This document shows, one piece after another, positions 38,540 through 47,836 of a stretch of DNA of 64,000 bases; within the stretch, counting starts at the first letter, position 1, and every line of letters starts with the position of its first letter. The notes under the pieces are model-generated. The model did not search any database, was not told where the DNA came from, and saw nothing but the letters and a program-made list of their open reading frames with translations. Source of the DNA: an uncultured Clostridia bacterium (lineage in GTDB: Bacteria > Bacillota > Clostridia > Christensenellales > UBA1242); the NCBI GenBank assembly GCA_944349415.1, contig CALVMX010000002.1:946-64945 (forward strand), read 5' to 3'. The translations under genes were made by a program, and so were the position numbers.

Positions 38540-38568
38540 TTTACAAATCAAAAAAAATGTGCTATATT
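38540..38568 (+). promoter_or_regulatory. Promoter (TTTACA, 17 nt, TGC TATATT) for the small ORF 38602..38745
   Basis: Read directly. It lies inside a module of about 65 bp that is about 80% identical to the one upstream of 28428..28814. Confidence 0.55.
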
Positions 38569-38601
38569 ATTAGCGAATAGAAAAATCTATGGAGGTAGTT
38601 T

Positions 38602-38745
38602 ATGAATATTGAAATTCGTGCTCGTATGTCAGATGATGTGGTTGCTGCTCCAGACCATGTTTCTAGTAAGCCACAAAAATTGAATGGTATACCTGGATTA
38701 GATAAGTTTGACAAAATTAAAAATTCTGTGGAAAGAAGTTTATAA
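38602..38745 (+). CDS. Small hypothetical protein (47 aa)
   Basis: The ATG lies 7 nt after GGAGG and a promoter sits directly upstream. The product is MNIEIRARMSDDVVAAPDHVSSKPQKLNGIPGLDKFDKIKNSVERSL. Confidence 0.45.
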   Translation: MNIEIRARMSDDVVAAPDHVSSKPQKLNGIPGLDKFDKIKNSVERSL

Positions 38746-38858
38746 TTTTTATATGTAAAAAAATATTGCAAAATTTGCAATATTTTTTTTAATTTCGTTT
38801 TGAGTTTGAGAAAATTTATGATATCATATAAATGAATATATCTTTTTAGAGGACTTAT

Positions 38859-39137
38859 ATGAAAAAATATCGTTTTCTTTATCCAGCAATTTTTATCAAA
38901 GATGAAGATAGTCATTATCAGGCAATTTTCCCTGATCTTGATATTTATTGCAATGGTGACAATCTTTCAGAGGCATATCTTTATGCGAAGGATTTATTGA
39001 GAGTTTATTTTACCTATGCTCTTAAATATGAAACTGAATATGCAAAACCAACACAACTTGAAAAGATTATCGGTAAATGCAAAGATAACGAAACAGTTAT
39101 GTATGTTGACGCATATATTGACGAAAAAGAAATCTAA
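38859..39137 (+). CDS. HicB-like (UPF0150) antitoxin-family protein
   Basis: YPAIFIKDEDSHYQAIFPDLDIYCNGDNLSEAYLYAKDLL fits the HicB N-terminal pattern. No HicA-like neighbour was seen. Confidence 0.55.
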   Translation: MKKYRFLYPAIFIKDEDSHYQAIFPDLDIYCNGDNLSEAYLYAKDLLRVYFTYALKYETEYAKPTQLEKIIGKCKDNETVMYVDAYIDEKEI

Positions 39138-39351
39138 CAGGCCACACCTGTTATTTTTTTTAAATTTTACTTGTCAAATAAAGTCATTAATATTGAAAAC
39201 TCATTTTTTATATTTATAAAGTAATCGAAGCGTTGCCTGTTGTTTTTTAAAATTTTTTAATTAAACAAAATTAGATATACAAATTTCTATATAAACAGTA
39301 TTGACTTATTTTGAGATTTAGGTTATAATTATAAGGTAAGGAGAAAATAAA

Positions 39352-40053
39352 ATGGCTGTTAAAAAACTTAATTTAGGAGAAAAAATTTTAGCACAAAGAG
39401 ATGCAAAAACGAATACTTATAAACTTTTTTACCCTTTTAATTGTTACGGCGACAACAATAGAAGATTAACTTCTGTAGCTCAAATTTCTATTCAAAAAGA
39501 TGGTAAACCTGTTTCAAAATTCCCAATGGTTCCAACAATGAGGAAAAAGCTTGTTCAAAAGAGATTTCTAAAAAACAATGAAACTTTTGAAGAGGTTAAA
39601 GAAAATGTCTCAATTACAATTTATGTGCCTTTAAATGAAAAGGACAAAGTTATTGTTGTTGACAGAAAGTATAGACAAATTTTGGATGCGATTATGCGTG
39701 AATTAGACGAATATTACGATAAAAAGGTTTATGAACAGGAAAACAGCAAAAGAAAGTTTAAATATGCAGATCCAGAATTAGAAAAAATGTTGCACAGTGA
39801 TGAAGATAAAGAGGCGGAAATCAATAAATTTTTAAAAAGCTTCGATGCCTTCGAAGTTGTCATTGAGGATAAACCAATAATTGTTGGAAGAATTGACTAT
39901 GCAGGCTTTAGTGGCGAAAGGCAATTTGAGATATTGAGAGTTAATTTCTTAAATTTTGATAAAGAGAATATTCCGGTGAGCGATATTCATTCGGTTCAAG
40001 AAAAAATTAAAGGTTTAAAAATGCAAAATAACGGACCTTATCCAAATATTTAA
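39352..40053 (+). CDS. Hypothetical protein (233 aa)
   Basis: RBS AAGGAG. The promoter TTGACT, 17 nt, TATAAT lies at about 39303-39331. Confidence 0.6.
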   Translation: MAVKKLNLGEKILAQRDAKTNTYKLFYPFNCYGDNNRRLTSVAQISIQKDGKPVSKFPMVPTMRKKLVQKRFLKNNETFEEVKENVSITIYVPLNEKDKVIVVDRKYRQILDAIMRELDEYYDKKVYEQENSKRKFKYADPELEKMLHSDEDKEAEINKFLKSFDAFEVVIEDKPIIVGRIDYAGFSGERQFEILRVNFLNFDKENIPVSDIHSVQEKIKGLKMQNNGPYPNI

Positions 40054-40080
40054 AAATTTTATAAATCTTTTCCAAAACAC

Positions 40081-40109
40081 TTGACTATTTGGTTTTGTTG
40101 TGGTAAGAT
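40081..40109 (+). promoter_or_regulatory. Promoter for rpmG-secE-nusG
   Basis: TTGACT (40081-40086), 17 nt, TGG TAAGAT (-10 at 40104-40109). Confidence 0.55.
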
Positions 40110-40112
40110 ATG

Positions 40113-40142
40113 ACTAACACTTTTCGGGGTGTTAGTTTTTTT
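40113..40142 (+). terminator. Intrinsic terminator for the upstream gene, overlapping the start region of the rpmG transcript
   Basis: ACTAACAC (40113-40120), loop TTTTCGGG, GTGTTAGT (40129-40136), then a T run to 40142. Confidence 0.6.
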
Positions 40143-40156
40143 GTTAGGAGGCATTT

Positions 40157-40318
40157 ATGGCAGCGCCAAAACGCAAAATCATCACATTAGAATGCACAGA
40201 ATGTAAGAATAGAAACTATTCATCTGAAAAAAATACTTCTAATGATGCTGAAAGAATTGAGATTATGAAGTTTTGTCCTTTTTGCAATAAGAGAACAAAG
40301 CACAAAGAAACAAAATAA
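40157..40318 (+). CDS. rpmG: 50S ribosomal protein L33
   Basis: The product is [62 protein letters not shown]. It is not in the ORF track (53 aa). Confidence 0.9.
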   Translation: MAAPKRKIITLECTECKNRNYSSEKNTSNDAERIEIMKFCPFCNKRTKHKETK

Positions 40319-40340
40319 TTTGTTTTAATTTGGAGGGACT

Positions 40341-40829
40341 ATGTCTAAGAAGCATAAGAGTGCAAGGAAAGAGCAACGTCAAAGTCTTTATACTCCTTCT
40401 GAAACTAAAGTTGACGAAATCGAAAAAGTGGATGATGTCACAGAAGTTGAGGAAGAAGTTAAAGAAGAGGCTCCAATTAATGTCGTAACTGAAGAAGTTG
40501 TGGCCGAAAACGTTGCCGAAACTACAGAAGGCGTTTTAGTAACAGAAGATAAAGATTCGAAAAAAGACAAAAAGTCGAAGAAAGACGAGAAATCTGATTC
40601 TAAAGACGCTAAAAAAGACAAAAAGAAAGATAAGAAAAAAGAAAACAAGAAAGGGCTTATTAAAAAAACTAAGGAAACTGCTAGTGAACTTAAAAAAGTT
40701 ACTTGGCCATCATTTTCTGAAGTTATTAAAAAGACCGGCATTGTTATTGCTTTCGTTGTCATCTTTGGACTCTTAATTTTTGGCGTAGACACGCTTTTAG
40801 GTTGGCTTGTTAGCCTGCTTGTTGGTTAA
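40341..40829 (+). CDS. secE: Preprotein translocase subunit SecE with a long K/E/D-rich N-terminal extension
   Basis: The C-terminus reads ELKKVTWPSFSEVIKKTGIVIAFVVIFGLLIFGVD. Sits in the rpmG-secE-nusG order. Confidence 0.85.
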   Translation: MSKKHKSARKEQRQSLYTPSETKVDEIEKVDDVTEVEEEVKEEAPINVVTEEVVAENVAETTEGVLVTEDKDSKKDKKSKKDEKSDSKDAKKDKKKDKKKENKKGLIKKTKETASELKKVTWPSFSEVIKKTGIVIAFVVIFGLLIFGVDTLLGWLVSLLVG

Positions 40830-40852
40830 TGCAAAAAGTTTAAGGAGATTTT

Positions 40853-41383
40853 ATGGAACACTCAAAGGAACCTAAATGGTATGTTCTTCACACTTTTTCT
40901 GGTTATGAAAATGTGGCAAAAGAAAATTTGGAAAACGTAGTTGAAAAATTCGGACTTCAAGACCGTATTTTTGACATTGTTATTCCAGAAGAAGATGTTA
41001 TTGAAGAAAAAAATGGTAAGCAAAAACTTGTTACAAGAAAAAGTATGCCTTGCTACATTCTTATTAAAATGATTTATGGCGACGACCTTTGGCACAATAT
41101 CACTAGAACTCGTGGAGTTACCGGTTTCGTTGGTCCAAAAGGTAGGCCTCTTGCTCTCACTGACGAAGAAGTTATGAAAATGAGACTTGAGAAAATTAAA
41201 GTGGAAACAGACATCGCTGTTGGCGACAATGTGGAAATTATTGAAGGTCCACTCGACAAAATGATAGGTAAAGTTGTGGCTGTAAATCTTGACAATAACC
41301 AACTTACTGTTGCAGTGGAAATGTTTGGTCGTGAAAACAAAGTGGAACTCACTTTTGAGCAAGTTCACAAAATTAATGCTTAA
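40853..41383 (+). CDS. nusG: Transcription termination/antitermination factor NusG
   Basis: WYVLHTFSGYENVAK, and a KOW region GDNVEIIEGPLDKMIGKVVAV. Confidence 0.95.
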   Translation: MEHSKEPKWYVLHTFSGYENVAKENLENVVEKFGLQDRIFDIVIPEEDVIEEKNGKQKLVTRKSMPCYILIKMIYGDDLWHNITRTRGVTGFVGPKGRPLALTDEEVMKMRLEKIKVETDIAVGDNVEIIEGPLDKMIGKVVAVNLDNNQLTVAVEMFGRENKVELTFEQVHKINA

Positions 41384-41391
41384 TAAATAGT

Positions 41392-41472
41392 GGCGGAAGT
41401 TTGCACGCATGCGTGCATGAAAACGGAGTTTTCAAAAATTTTTAACGATGTTAAAAATTTTAAACTTCCGCC
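41392..41472. repeat. Structured intergenic element, copy 2
   Basis: The closing stem is GGCGGAAGTTT/AAACTTCCGCC. It encloses GCACGC-AT-GCGTGC, TGAAAAC-GGA-GTTTTCA and AAAATTTTTAAC-GAT-GTTAAAAATTTT. Confidence 0.7.
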
Positions 41473-41717
41473 AATGCGAAAGATATTTTAGGTTGATGCC
41501 TTTAAAATATTGTCCTTAGTAAGACATTAAACTGCTATTGTTTGCTATAATCTTCCGTGGCAAAAAAATATAAATGGAAGAGGATTTGGAAGAAACTGAC
41601 TTATAAGCAATTAGAAAAGAAAATTTTCAAACTTGCGCAAACAAAGTAAGTTTCATTCCAGAAAAATTTGTGGGAGAACGATTTAGCCCGTTCAATTCAC
41701 CACATAAGGAGGGAAAA

Positions 41718-42146
41718 ATGGCTGAAAAGAAAATTAAAGCAGTTGTAAAATTACAACTCGAAGCGGGTAAAGCCACTCCAGGACCACCTGTAGGTTCTTC
41801 ACTTGGACCACACGGAATTAATATCGCTGGCTTTACAAAAGAATTTAATGAAAAAACCGCAAATCAAATGGGGTATATCATTCCTGTTGTGATCACTATC
41901 TATGAAGATAGAAGTTTCACATTCGTTTTGAAAACTCCACCTGCTGCTGTTCTTATTAAGAAAGCAATAAACATTGAAACTGGTTCTGGAAAACCAAACA
42001 AACAAAAAGTCGGAAAAATAACTAAAGAGCAGATTAGAAAAATCGCTGAAACTAAAATGCCTGACCTTAATGCAGCTTCTATTGAAAGTGCTATGAGCAT
42101 GGTTGCTGGAACTGCAAGAAGTATGGGCGTTGAGGTCGTAGATTAA
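41718..42146 (+). CDS. rplK: 50S ribosomal protein L11
   Basis: The ATG at 41718 follows AAGGAGGG. The product begins [36 protein letters not shown]. Confidence 0.95.
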   Translation: MAEKKIKAVVKLQLEAGKATPGPPVGSSLGPHGINIAGFTKEFNEKTANQMGYIIPVVITIYEDRSFTFVLKTPPAAVLIKKAINIETGSGKPNKQKVGKITKEQIRKIAETKMPDLNAASIESAMSMVAGTARSMGVEVVD

Positions 42147-42157
42147 GGAGGAAGATA

Positions 42158-42841
42158 ATGAATAAAGGTAAGAGATATTTAAAAAGCCTTGAAAGTTATG
42201 ATAAATCTAAATCATACGACATAGGCGAGGCAATGGATAATGTTTTAAACACAGCAACTGCTAAATTTGATGAATCTATTGAAGTTCATGTTAAACTTGG
42301 CGTTGACGGAAGACAAGCTGACCAACAAGTTCGTGGTGTTGTTGTTCTTCCAAATGGAACAGGTAAATCTGTAAGAGTTTTAGTTATTGCTCGTGGCGAT
42401 AAAGCAAACGAAGCAACAAGCGCTGGCGCTGACTATGTCGGTGCTGAAGAAATGGTAACAAAAATTTCTGGCGGTTGGCTAGATTTTGATGTCTGCATCA
42501 CAACTCCTGATATGATGGGTGTTGTAGGTAGAATTGCAAGAATTCTCGGACCTAAAGGTTTAATGCCAAACCCAAAGAGCGGAACTGTTACTAATGACGT
42601 TGCAAAGGCTGTCAAAGATGTTAAAGCTGGTAAAGTTGAATATAGACTTGATAAAACAAACAATGTTCACGTAATTATTGGAAAGAAAAGTTTCGGTAAA
42701 GAAAAACTTCTTGAAAACTTTACAACAATTATGGAAGCAATTGTTAAGGCTAAACCAGCTGCTGCAAAAGGACAATATATCAAAAATGTTACTCTTGCAT
42801 CATCTATGGGACCTGGTGTAAAAGTTATTTACAACATTTAA
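42158..42841 (+). CDS. rplA: 50S ribosomal protein L1
   Basis: [15 protein letters not shown], and GKSVRVLV...GADYVG. Confidence 0.95.
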   Translation: MNKGKRYLKSLESYDKSKSYDIGEAMDNVLNTATAKFDESIEVHVKLGVDGRQADQQVRGVVVLPNGTGKSVRVLVIARGDKANEATSAGADYVGAEEMVTKISGGWLDFDVCITTPDMMGVVGRIARILGPKGLMPNPKSGTVTNDVAKAVKDVKAGKVEYRLDKTNNVHVIIGKKSFGKEKLLENFTTIMEAIVKAKPAAAKGQYIKNVTLASSMGPGVKVIYNI

Positions 42842-42890
42842 AAATTGTAAGGACTAAACGTGCTTGAAACTTCTATATCTAAATTTTAAG

Positions 42891-42913
42891 GGCAGAAGTT
42901 TTCTTCTGCCTTT
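42891..42913 (+). terminator. Rho-independent terminator after rplA
   Basis: GGCAGAAG, loop TTTT, CTTCTGCC, then TTT. Confidence 0.7.
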
Positions 42914-43149
42914 AATTTTAAAAAGATTAACCATATATATTTAGATTTTTATTAAACTTTACATATTTTTCGACATTAATAGTCGTTTTATGCACGCATA
43001 GTAAACTTACTTAAACACAAAATAACTTTTGAAATTTCTTTATAACTTTCCTATTTTATTTGACTTAAGTTGGGCATTTATATTAAAATAGTTTTGTTAT
43101 ATAGAAAAACTAAATTGTTTTTCTTAAATTGGCGAATTAGGAGTATATT

Positions 43150-46100
43150 ATGAACGCAAAAAAATCAAAATCAATTTTTAAACTCTTGGCCTTGGTAATT
43201 GCTTTTGCACTTACAGTTCTTTTCATTCCAGTAGGAGAACTTGTGGCTTGGGCAAGAATCGCTGATGAATATGTTGATTATTCATACATCAAAATCGGCG
43301 AAGATGGACAAGAAGTTAAAAATACTATTTATACTGGGGATAAATATTATATTCCAAAGGCTTACATTGGAAATAGCCCTAACCATGTTATTGGTGATGG
43401 ACAAACAAATGTCTTCTTGGTTGACAAAGGTAATGACCAAGTCGCTCAAGAAGGAGATGTTACATTAGTTTCCTCTTCTATCACTGTAACTTATGGTGGA
43501 ACTGTGAACAGCGAAGGAGTTTCCGAAGGTGGATTAACTATTACTTATGACCCTGCGACTGAAGGAAATTCAGGTTCATTTTTTGCAGAAAGATTAGGGA
43601 CATATACTATAACCTATGCTTATACCTATAGTGTTCAAACTGCAGATGGTGCTGTTCCTTACACTAATTTCTATGATATGAAAGTGGTAAGCTCAATTTC
43701 TTCTGCAACTATTGAACTTGATAACAACAGTGAAAATCTTTTCCCATCAATTATTGATGCAAGTTTGTTGCCTACACATGAAGTAAGTGAAGGTGTTACA
43801 CAATACGATGATGTTGACCTTCCAATTCCAACTGTCTATGGCGAAGATGGTAAAGAAGTTGAAAACTTGACAATAACTACCGATGTTAGTGCAGCAACAG
43901 GAGCATCTGAAGGAGATTATCTTGTTGTTACAATGACAGGTGGAGCAAATGCTGACGATTTAACAACAGATTATCTTGAAACTGAGGACTTAGATAAAGA
44001 CGAAGTTATAGATAACGTTAAAATGCTTGGGACTGCTTTTGATGAAGTTGGAACAAATTATTCTTCATACACTGTTAAATATGCTTACTATCACAATGGA
44101 CAATTTGTTGCTTCTACAACAAAAACGGCAACTGTTTACAACGAATATTACACCAACTATAGTGCAAGCAATTTAACAATGGAACTTGACTCTTCACTTA
44201 CAACTTCTGCTCAACCAGGTATTGAACAAACTCTTCCTGGTGTGACTGTTACAACAAATAGCAATGTTTCTCCATCTGCTGAAGAAATCGAAGTATATTA
44301 TAAAATTAAAGTAAAATATCGTGCAACAGGCAGTCCATCGTATAAAGACTTAGATCCAACACTATATAATGCAGGCGAAGAAGATGTTATTGATGGTGAT
44401 GGATATTTAATCGATCCTACAACTTTCACTCCTCTTGAAGCAGGTAGCTACACATTTAATTATGTTGCTTATGATTTTTATGGTAATGCTATTCCAAATG
44501 AAAACGGAACAGCTGACGGTAGATATCAATGGACAAACATCACTGATACAACTGCTCCTACAGCTATCGTTTATGATGCATCAGCAAAAGACAAAAATGG
44601 TGATTTAACTTATGAAGAGGCATCAGATAAACTTGCTAGATACACATATCCAAACGGTGTAGTGGTTTATGCAGTTGGTCTTGAAGATAACTTGACAACA
44701 GTAGAAAATGCTACTCTTAGCAGAGTTGTTTACGCAAACAGCGAAGAACTCTTCACGATCAAAGATTATGACGATAAAAACTTAGTTTTCAACTATCGTG
44801 CTTCCTCTACAGGTGGCAATGATGCTTGGGAACAACTTATGATTAATAACTATCTTTTAAGAAAGGCAGTAGAGAAACACAATGCTGACGAGGAAAGAGT
44901 TTATACTGTTGAAGACAATGCTACAATGCTTCGTTACTTAAGAGAAAATGGTTACTTAATTGTTATCGATAATGGCGGAACAAGCAATGGAGTGACAAAC
45001 ACATATGCTAGAAGCATTTATAACATGTTTAAAGAAATATTTGACGGTATTGAAGGTGCAAATATAACTGATGAAACTTCTTTCTTAGAATATGTTCAAA
45101 ATAAAGATAATAAAGATGCTTTGGAAAAATTAGGTTTTGCCTATATTGCAACCGATAGAACTTTTGGTGCACAGTCTTCAAATGGCGGTTTCAGTTACAC
45201 AGCTTATCAAATTAGATATGTTGCTCAAGATGAGGCTGGAAACTCTAACTATATTTCAAGAGAAATGACGCTCACTACAACTTATGATACCACTCCTCCA
45301 ACACTTTCATTATCAACAAATTTTGAAGATACTTATAATGAAACTGACGTTGTTGATTTTGCCGTTCCAACAGCAAGTGATGACAACGATACTTCTTCAA
45401 GAATGAGAGTTCAAACCTATTATCGTTTCTTAACTTCAACAGGCGATGCTATAACAAACGTTGAAGAAGATGGAAGCACAATTTCCACTTTTGACAACAG
45501 TGAAATTTTTGACGAATTGAGAGATGATTATACAGATGACTACGGAACACCATACTCTACAATTTATGCTTCATATCAAGGCACAGGCTATATCAATTTA
45601 ACAGACTCTGATGCAAGCACATACTCAATTGATTTAGCTTTAGGTGTTAAATTAAATGCTGCTAGCGTTCAAATCTTTGCATTTGTATATGATGATTATG
45701 GTAATGTAGGAATTATCGGTGAACAATTTGACATTTCAAGTGCTGTTGACGAATACGTTCCAACTCTTAAAAATGTAGAAATTGAAGATAGTGAACCTTC
45801 AAATTACTGGCAAGGTAATGATATTTCTCTTCCAACAGTGACAGCTTTCGATGATAATGTTGACTTTATGAATTATAATGTTTCAATTTATAATGTTCAA
45901 GATGACGGTTCAAGAATTTCCTTGACCACTCCAAGCGATTCATATCAAGCTAGAGATACTTATGATTACACTTATTCAGTTTACGGCGGAACATTCAATG
46001 CAGCTTTTGCAGGAGATTATGTTGCTTCAATTGAATTAAGCGATTATAACAACACAAAGATCGTAGTATTTACTCATTATACTGTTAGAGAAAGATTAAT

Positions 46101-47580
46101 CATACAAGATCCTGTTGCTAATGTTTCTTTTGAAGATCAAACAGTGGAACTTGATGATGATCCAGTAATCACTCTTCCAACTCCAACAATTTCATATTCA
46201 ATTGATAATTCTCTTGATTATGAAACTTATAAAGAACGAGACTTTTCTGGTGATAACGCCGAAAATAAACCAGACGTTGTCTTAATAGGTGTTGATGAAA
46301 ATGGATATGCTACTAATTATAGTGTTACTAATGGAGAGAAATCTTCATTTACACCAACTGAAAAAGGTGTTTATACAATTCAATATACAACAAAATTAAG
46401 AGTTTATTCTACATCTGTCTTTGAATACTATGAAGGACCATATACAGACGTATCTAATAATAGAGTAGTTAATTACTTCACTGAACTTGATGAAACATAT
46501 GCCGAAGATGGCTATTTAATCAAGACAGAAGACGAATCTTCATATAGAGTGTTTGTTCCAGATGCTGTTGAACCAGAAGATGATCAAACTTACACTGAAT
46601 TCCTTGTTTACTTGAGTGATGATGGAACTAGTGTCGTAACAGAAAAAGTTAGCGGTTTAGAAGCTACAACTTTAACAGTTGCTCTTGATAGATTCGAATA
46701 TTGGCAAGAAAACTTAAGAATGTATGTTTGGGAAAGCGACAACTTTACAGTTACTGTAAATGATACAACTGGACCAGTTATCAAACCTTATGACTATGTA
46801 GAAGTTATCTCTTCAAATGCTTTAAAACAAGAGAACACTGACGGAACAACAGGTTACAAACTTGAAGTTCAAGGAATCCAAGCAGAAGATGCAAGCGGAA
46901 TTAATTATGAGAGATCATCTGTATCAGTGACAAGAACTTATAAAGTTGACGGTTCTACAAGAACAAGTGTTGACAACTTAACAGATGCTGAAAAAATTGA
47001 AGGTAAAACACTCGAAATTACTACTAATGGAACTGTAACAATTTCATATACAGTTTATGACAACAATGGAAATTCTTCAACTGCAGAATATGTTATCCGT
47101 GCTGGAGATAATACAAATCCTGTTATTAGAATAACAGCAGAAGATGAGTCTGACTTTATCGGAACAACTTATTCACTTTCTGATTTTGATGCAACAGATG
47201 GTTTATTCATTGTTGACTTAACACAACTGACTTGGAGCGATGATAAAACTTTAAAAGAAGACCTCACTGTAACGTATGAATTTGTTAATGATGATACAAG
47301 TGATGAGCCAATTGAAGCTGAAGTGGAAAATGAAAATCAACTTGCATATCTAATTGAAGAAGTTGGTAATTACACATTTACTATAACAGTTACCGATGAA
47401 GCTGGCAATGCAACTTCAAGAGAATTTAGTTTTGAAGTTACTGAAGAAACATATGATGCAACAATAACTTACAGAATTATTGGAACAGTTTTAATTGTGA
47501 TTTCAGTTCTTCTTCTTGCAGGCGTAATCATTTACTTTGTTGTTTCTAAAGTTAAACTTGATAAAGAACTTAAGAAATAA
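43150..47580 (+). CDS. Giant surface protein (1476 aa) with an N-terminal signal peptide and a C-terminal TM anchor
   Basis: The signal-like segment is KSIFKLLALVIAFALTVLFIP. The C-terminus is IIGTVLIVISVLLLAGVIIYFVV followed by basic residues. Composition is rich in T/D/Y/N. No LPXTG motif. Confidence 0.85.
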   Translation: MNAKKSKSIFKLLALVIAFALTVLFIPVGELVAWARIADEYVDYSYIKIGEDGQEVKNTIYTGDKYYIPKAYIGNSPNHVIGDGQTNVFLVDKGNDQVAQEGDVTLVSSSITVTYGGTVNSEGVSEGGLTITYDPATEGNSGSFFAERLGTYTITYAYTYSVQTADGAVPYTNFYDMKVVSSISSATIELDNNSENLFPSIIDASLLPTHEVSEGVTQYDDVDLPIPTVYGEDGKEVENLTITTDVSAATGASEGDYLVVTMTGGANADDLTTDYLETEDLDKDEVIDNVKMLGTAFDEVGTNYSSYTVKYAYYHNGQFVASTTKTATVYNEYYTNYSASNLTMELDSSLTTSAQPGIEQTLPGVTVTTNSNVSPSAEEIEVYYKIKVKYRATGSPSYKDLDPTLYNAGEEDVIDGDGYLIDPTTFTPLEAGSYTFNYVAYDFYGNAIPNENGTADGRYQWTNITDTTAPTAIVYDASAKDKNGDLTYEEASDKLARYTYPNGVVVYAVGLEDNLTTVENATLSRVVYANSEELFTIKDYDDKNLVFNYRASSTGGNDAWEQLMINNYLLRKAVEKHNADEERVYTVEDNATMLRYLRENGYLIVIDNGGTSNGVTNTYARSIYNMFKEIFDGIEGANITDETSFLEYVQNKDNKDALEKLGFAYIATDRTFGAQSSNGGFSYTAYQIRYVAQDEAGNSNYISREMTLTTTYDTTPPTLSLSTNFEDTYNETDVVDFAVPTASDDNDTSSRMRVQTYYRFLTSTGDAITNVEEDGSTISTFDNSEIFDELRDDYTDDYGTPYSTIYASYQGTGYINLTDSDASTYSIDLALGVKLNAASVQIFAFVYDDYGNVGIIGEQFDISSAVDEYVPTLKNVEIEDSEPSNYWQGNDISLPTVTAFDDNVDFMNYNVSIYNVQDDGSRISLTTPSDSYQARDTYDYTYSVYGGTFNAAFAGDYVASIELSDYNNTKIVVFTHYTVRERLIIQDPVANVSFEDQTVELDDDPVITLPTPTISYSIDNSLDYETYKERDFSGDNAENKPDVVLIGVDENGYATNYSVTNGEKSSFTPTEKGVYTIQYTTKLRVYSTSVFEYYEGPYTDVSNNRVVNYFTELDETYAEDGYLIKTEDESSYRVFVPDAVEPEDDQTYTEFLVYLSDDGTSVVTEKVSGLEATTLTVALDRFEYWQENLRMYVWESDNFTVTVNDTTGPVIKPYDYVEVISSNALKQENTDGTTGYKLEVQGIQAEDASGINYERSSVSVTRTYKVDGSTRTSVDNLTDAEKIEGKTLEITTNGTVTISYTVYDNNGNSSTAEYVIRAGDNTNPVIRITAEDESDFIGTTYSLSDFDATDGLFIVDLTQLTWSDDKTLKEDLTVTYEFVNDDTSDEPIEAEVENENQLAYLIEEVGNYTFTITVTDEAGNATSREFSFEVTEETYDATITYRIIGTVLIVISVLLLAGVIIYFVVSKVKLDKELKK

Positions 47581-47836
47581 TTTAAAATATAAAAAATAGC
47601 GATGTTAGTCGCTATTTTTTATTGCTATTTAATTGTTATTATTAATTTTTATTTAATTGTTATTTATTAATTAGGGTTTATAAATGTTCTAAGTTTTTAT
47701 TTAAACAAGATATATTTATTAGTAAATTTGAAAATAGATTAAAATATATTATATTTAAAAATATAAAAAAAAGAATAATGCCTTGTGACATTATTCTTTT
47801 TTTTGTTTAAAATTCACAAACCTTTTATAAAAGATT

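Noticed and set aside
38602-38745. The 47-aa ORF as the missing HicA toxin partner of the HicB-like gene.
   Set aside because: The sequence lacks the HicA/YcfA dsRBD-like pattern. It is separated from hicB by 113 bp and has its own promoter. It is kept only as a hypothetical small ORF.
38562-38915. A 117-aa minus-strand ORF.
   Set aside because: It overlaps both the small plus-strand ORF, which has a strong promoter and SD, and the start of the HicB-like gene. It has no RBS.
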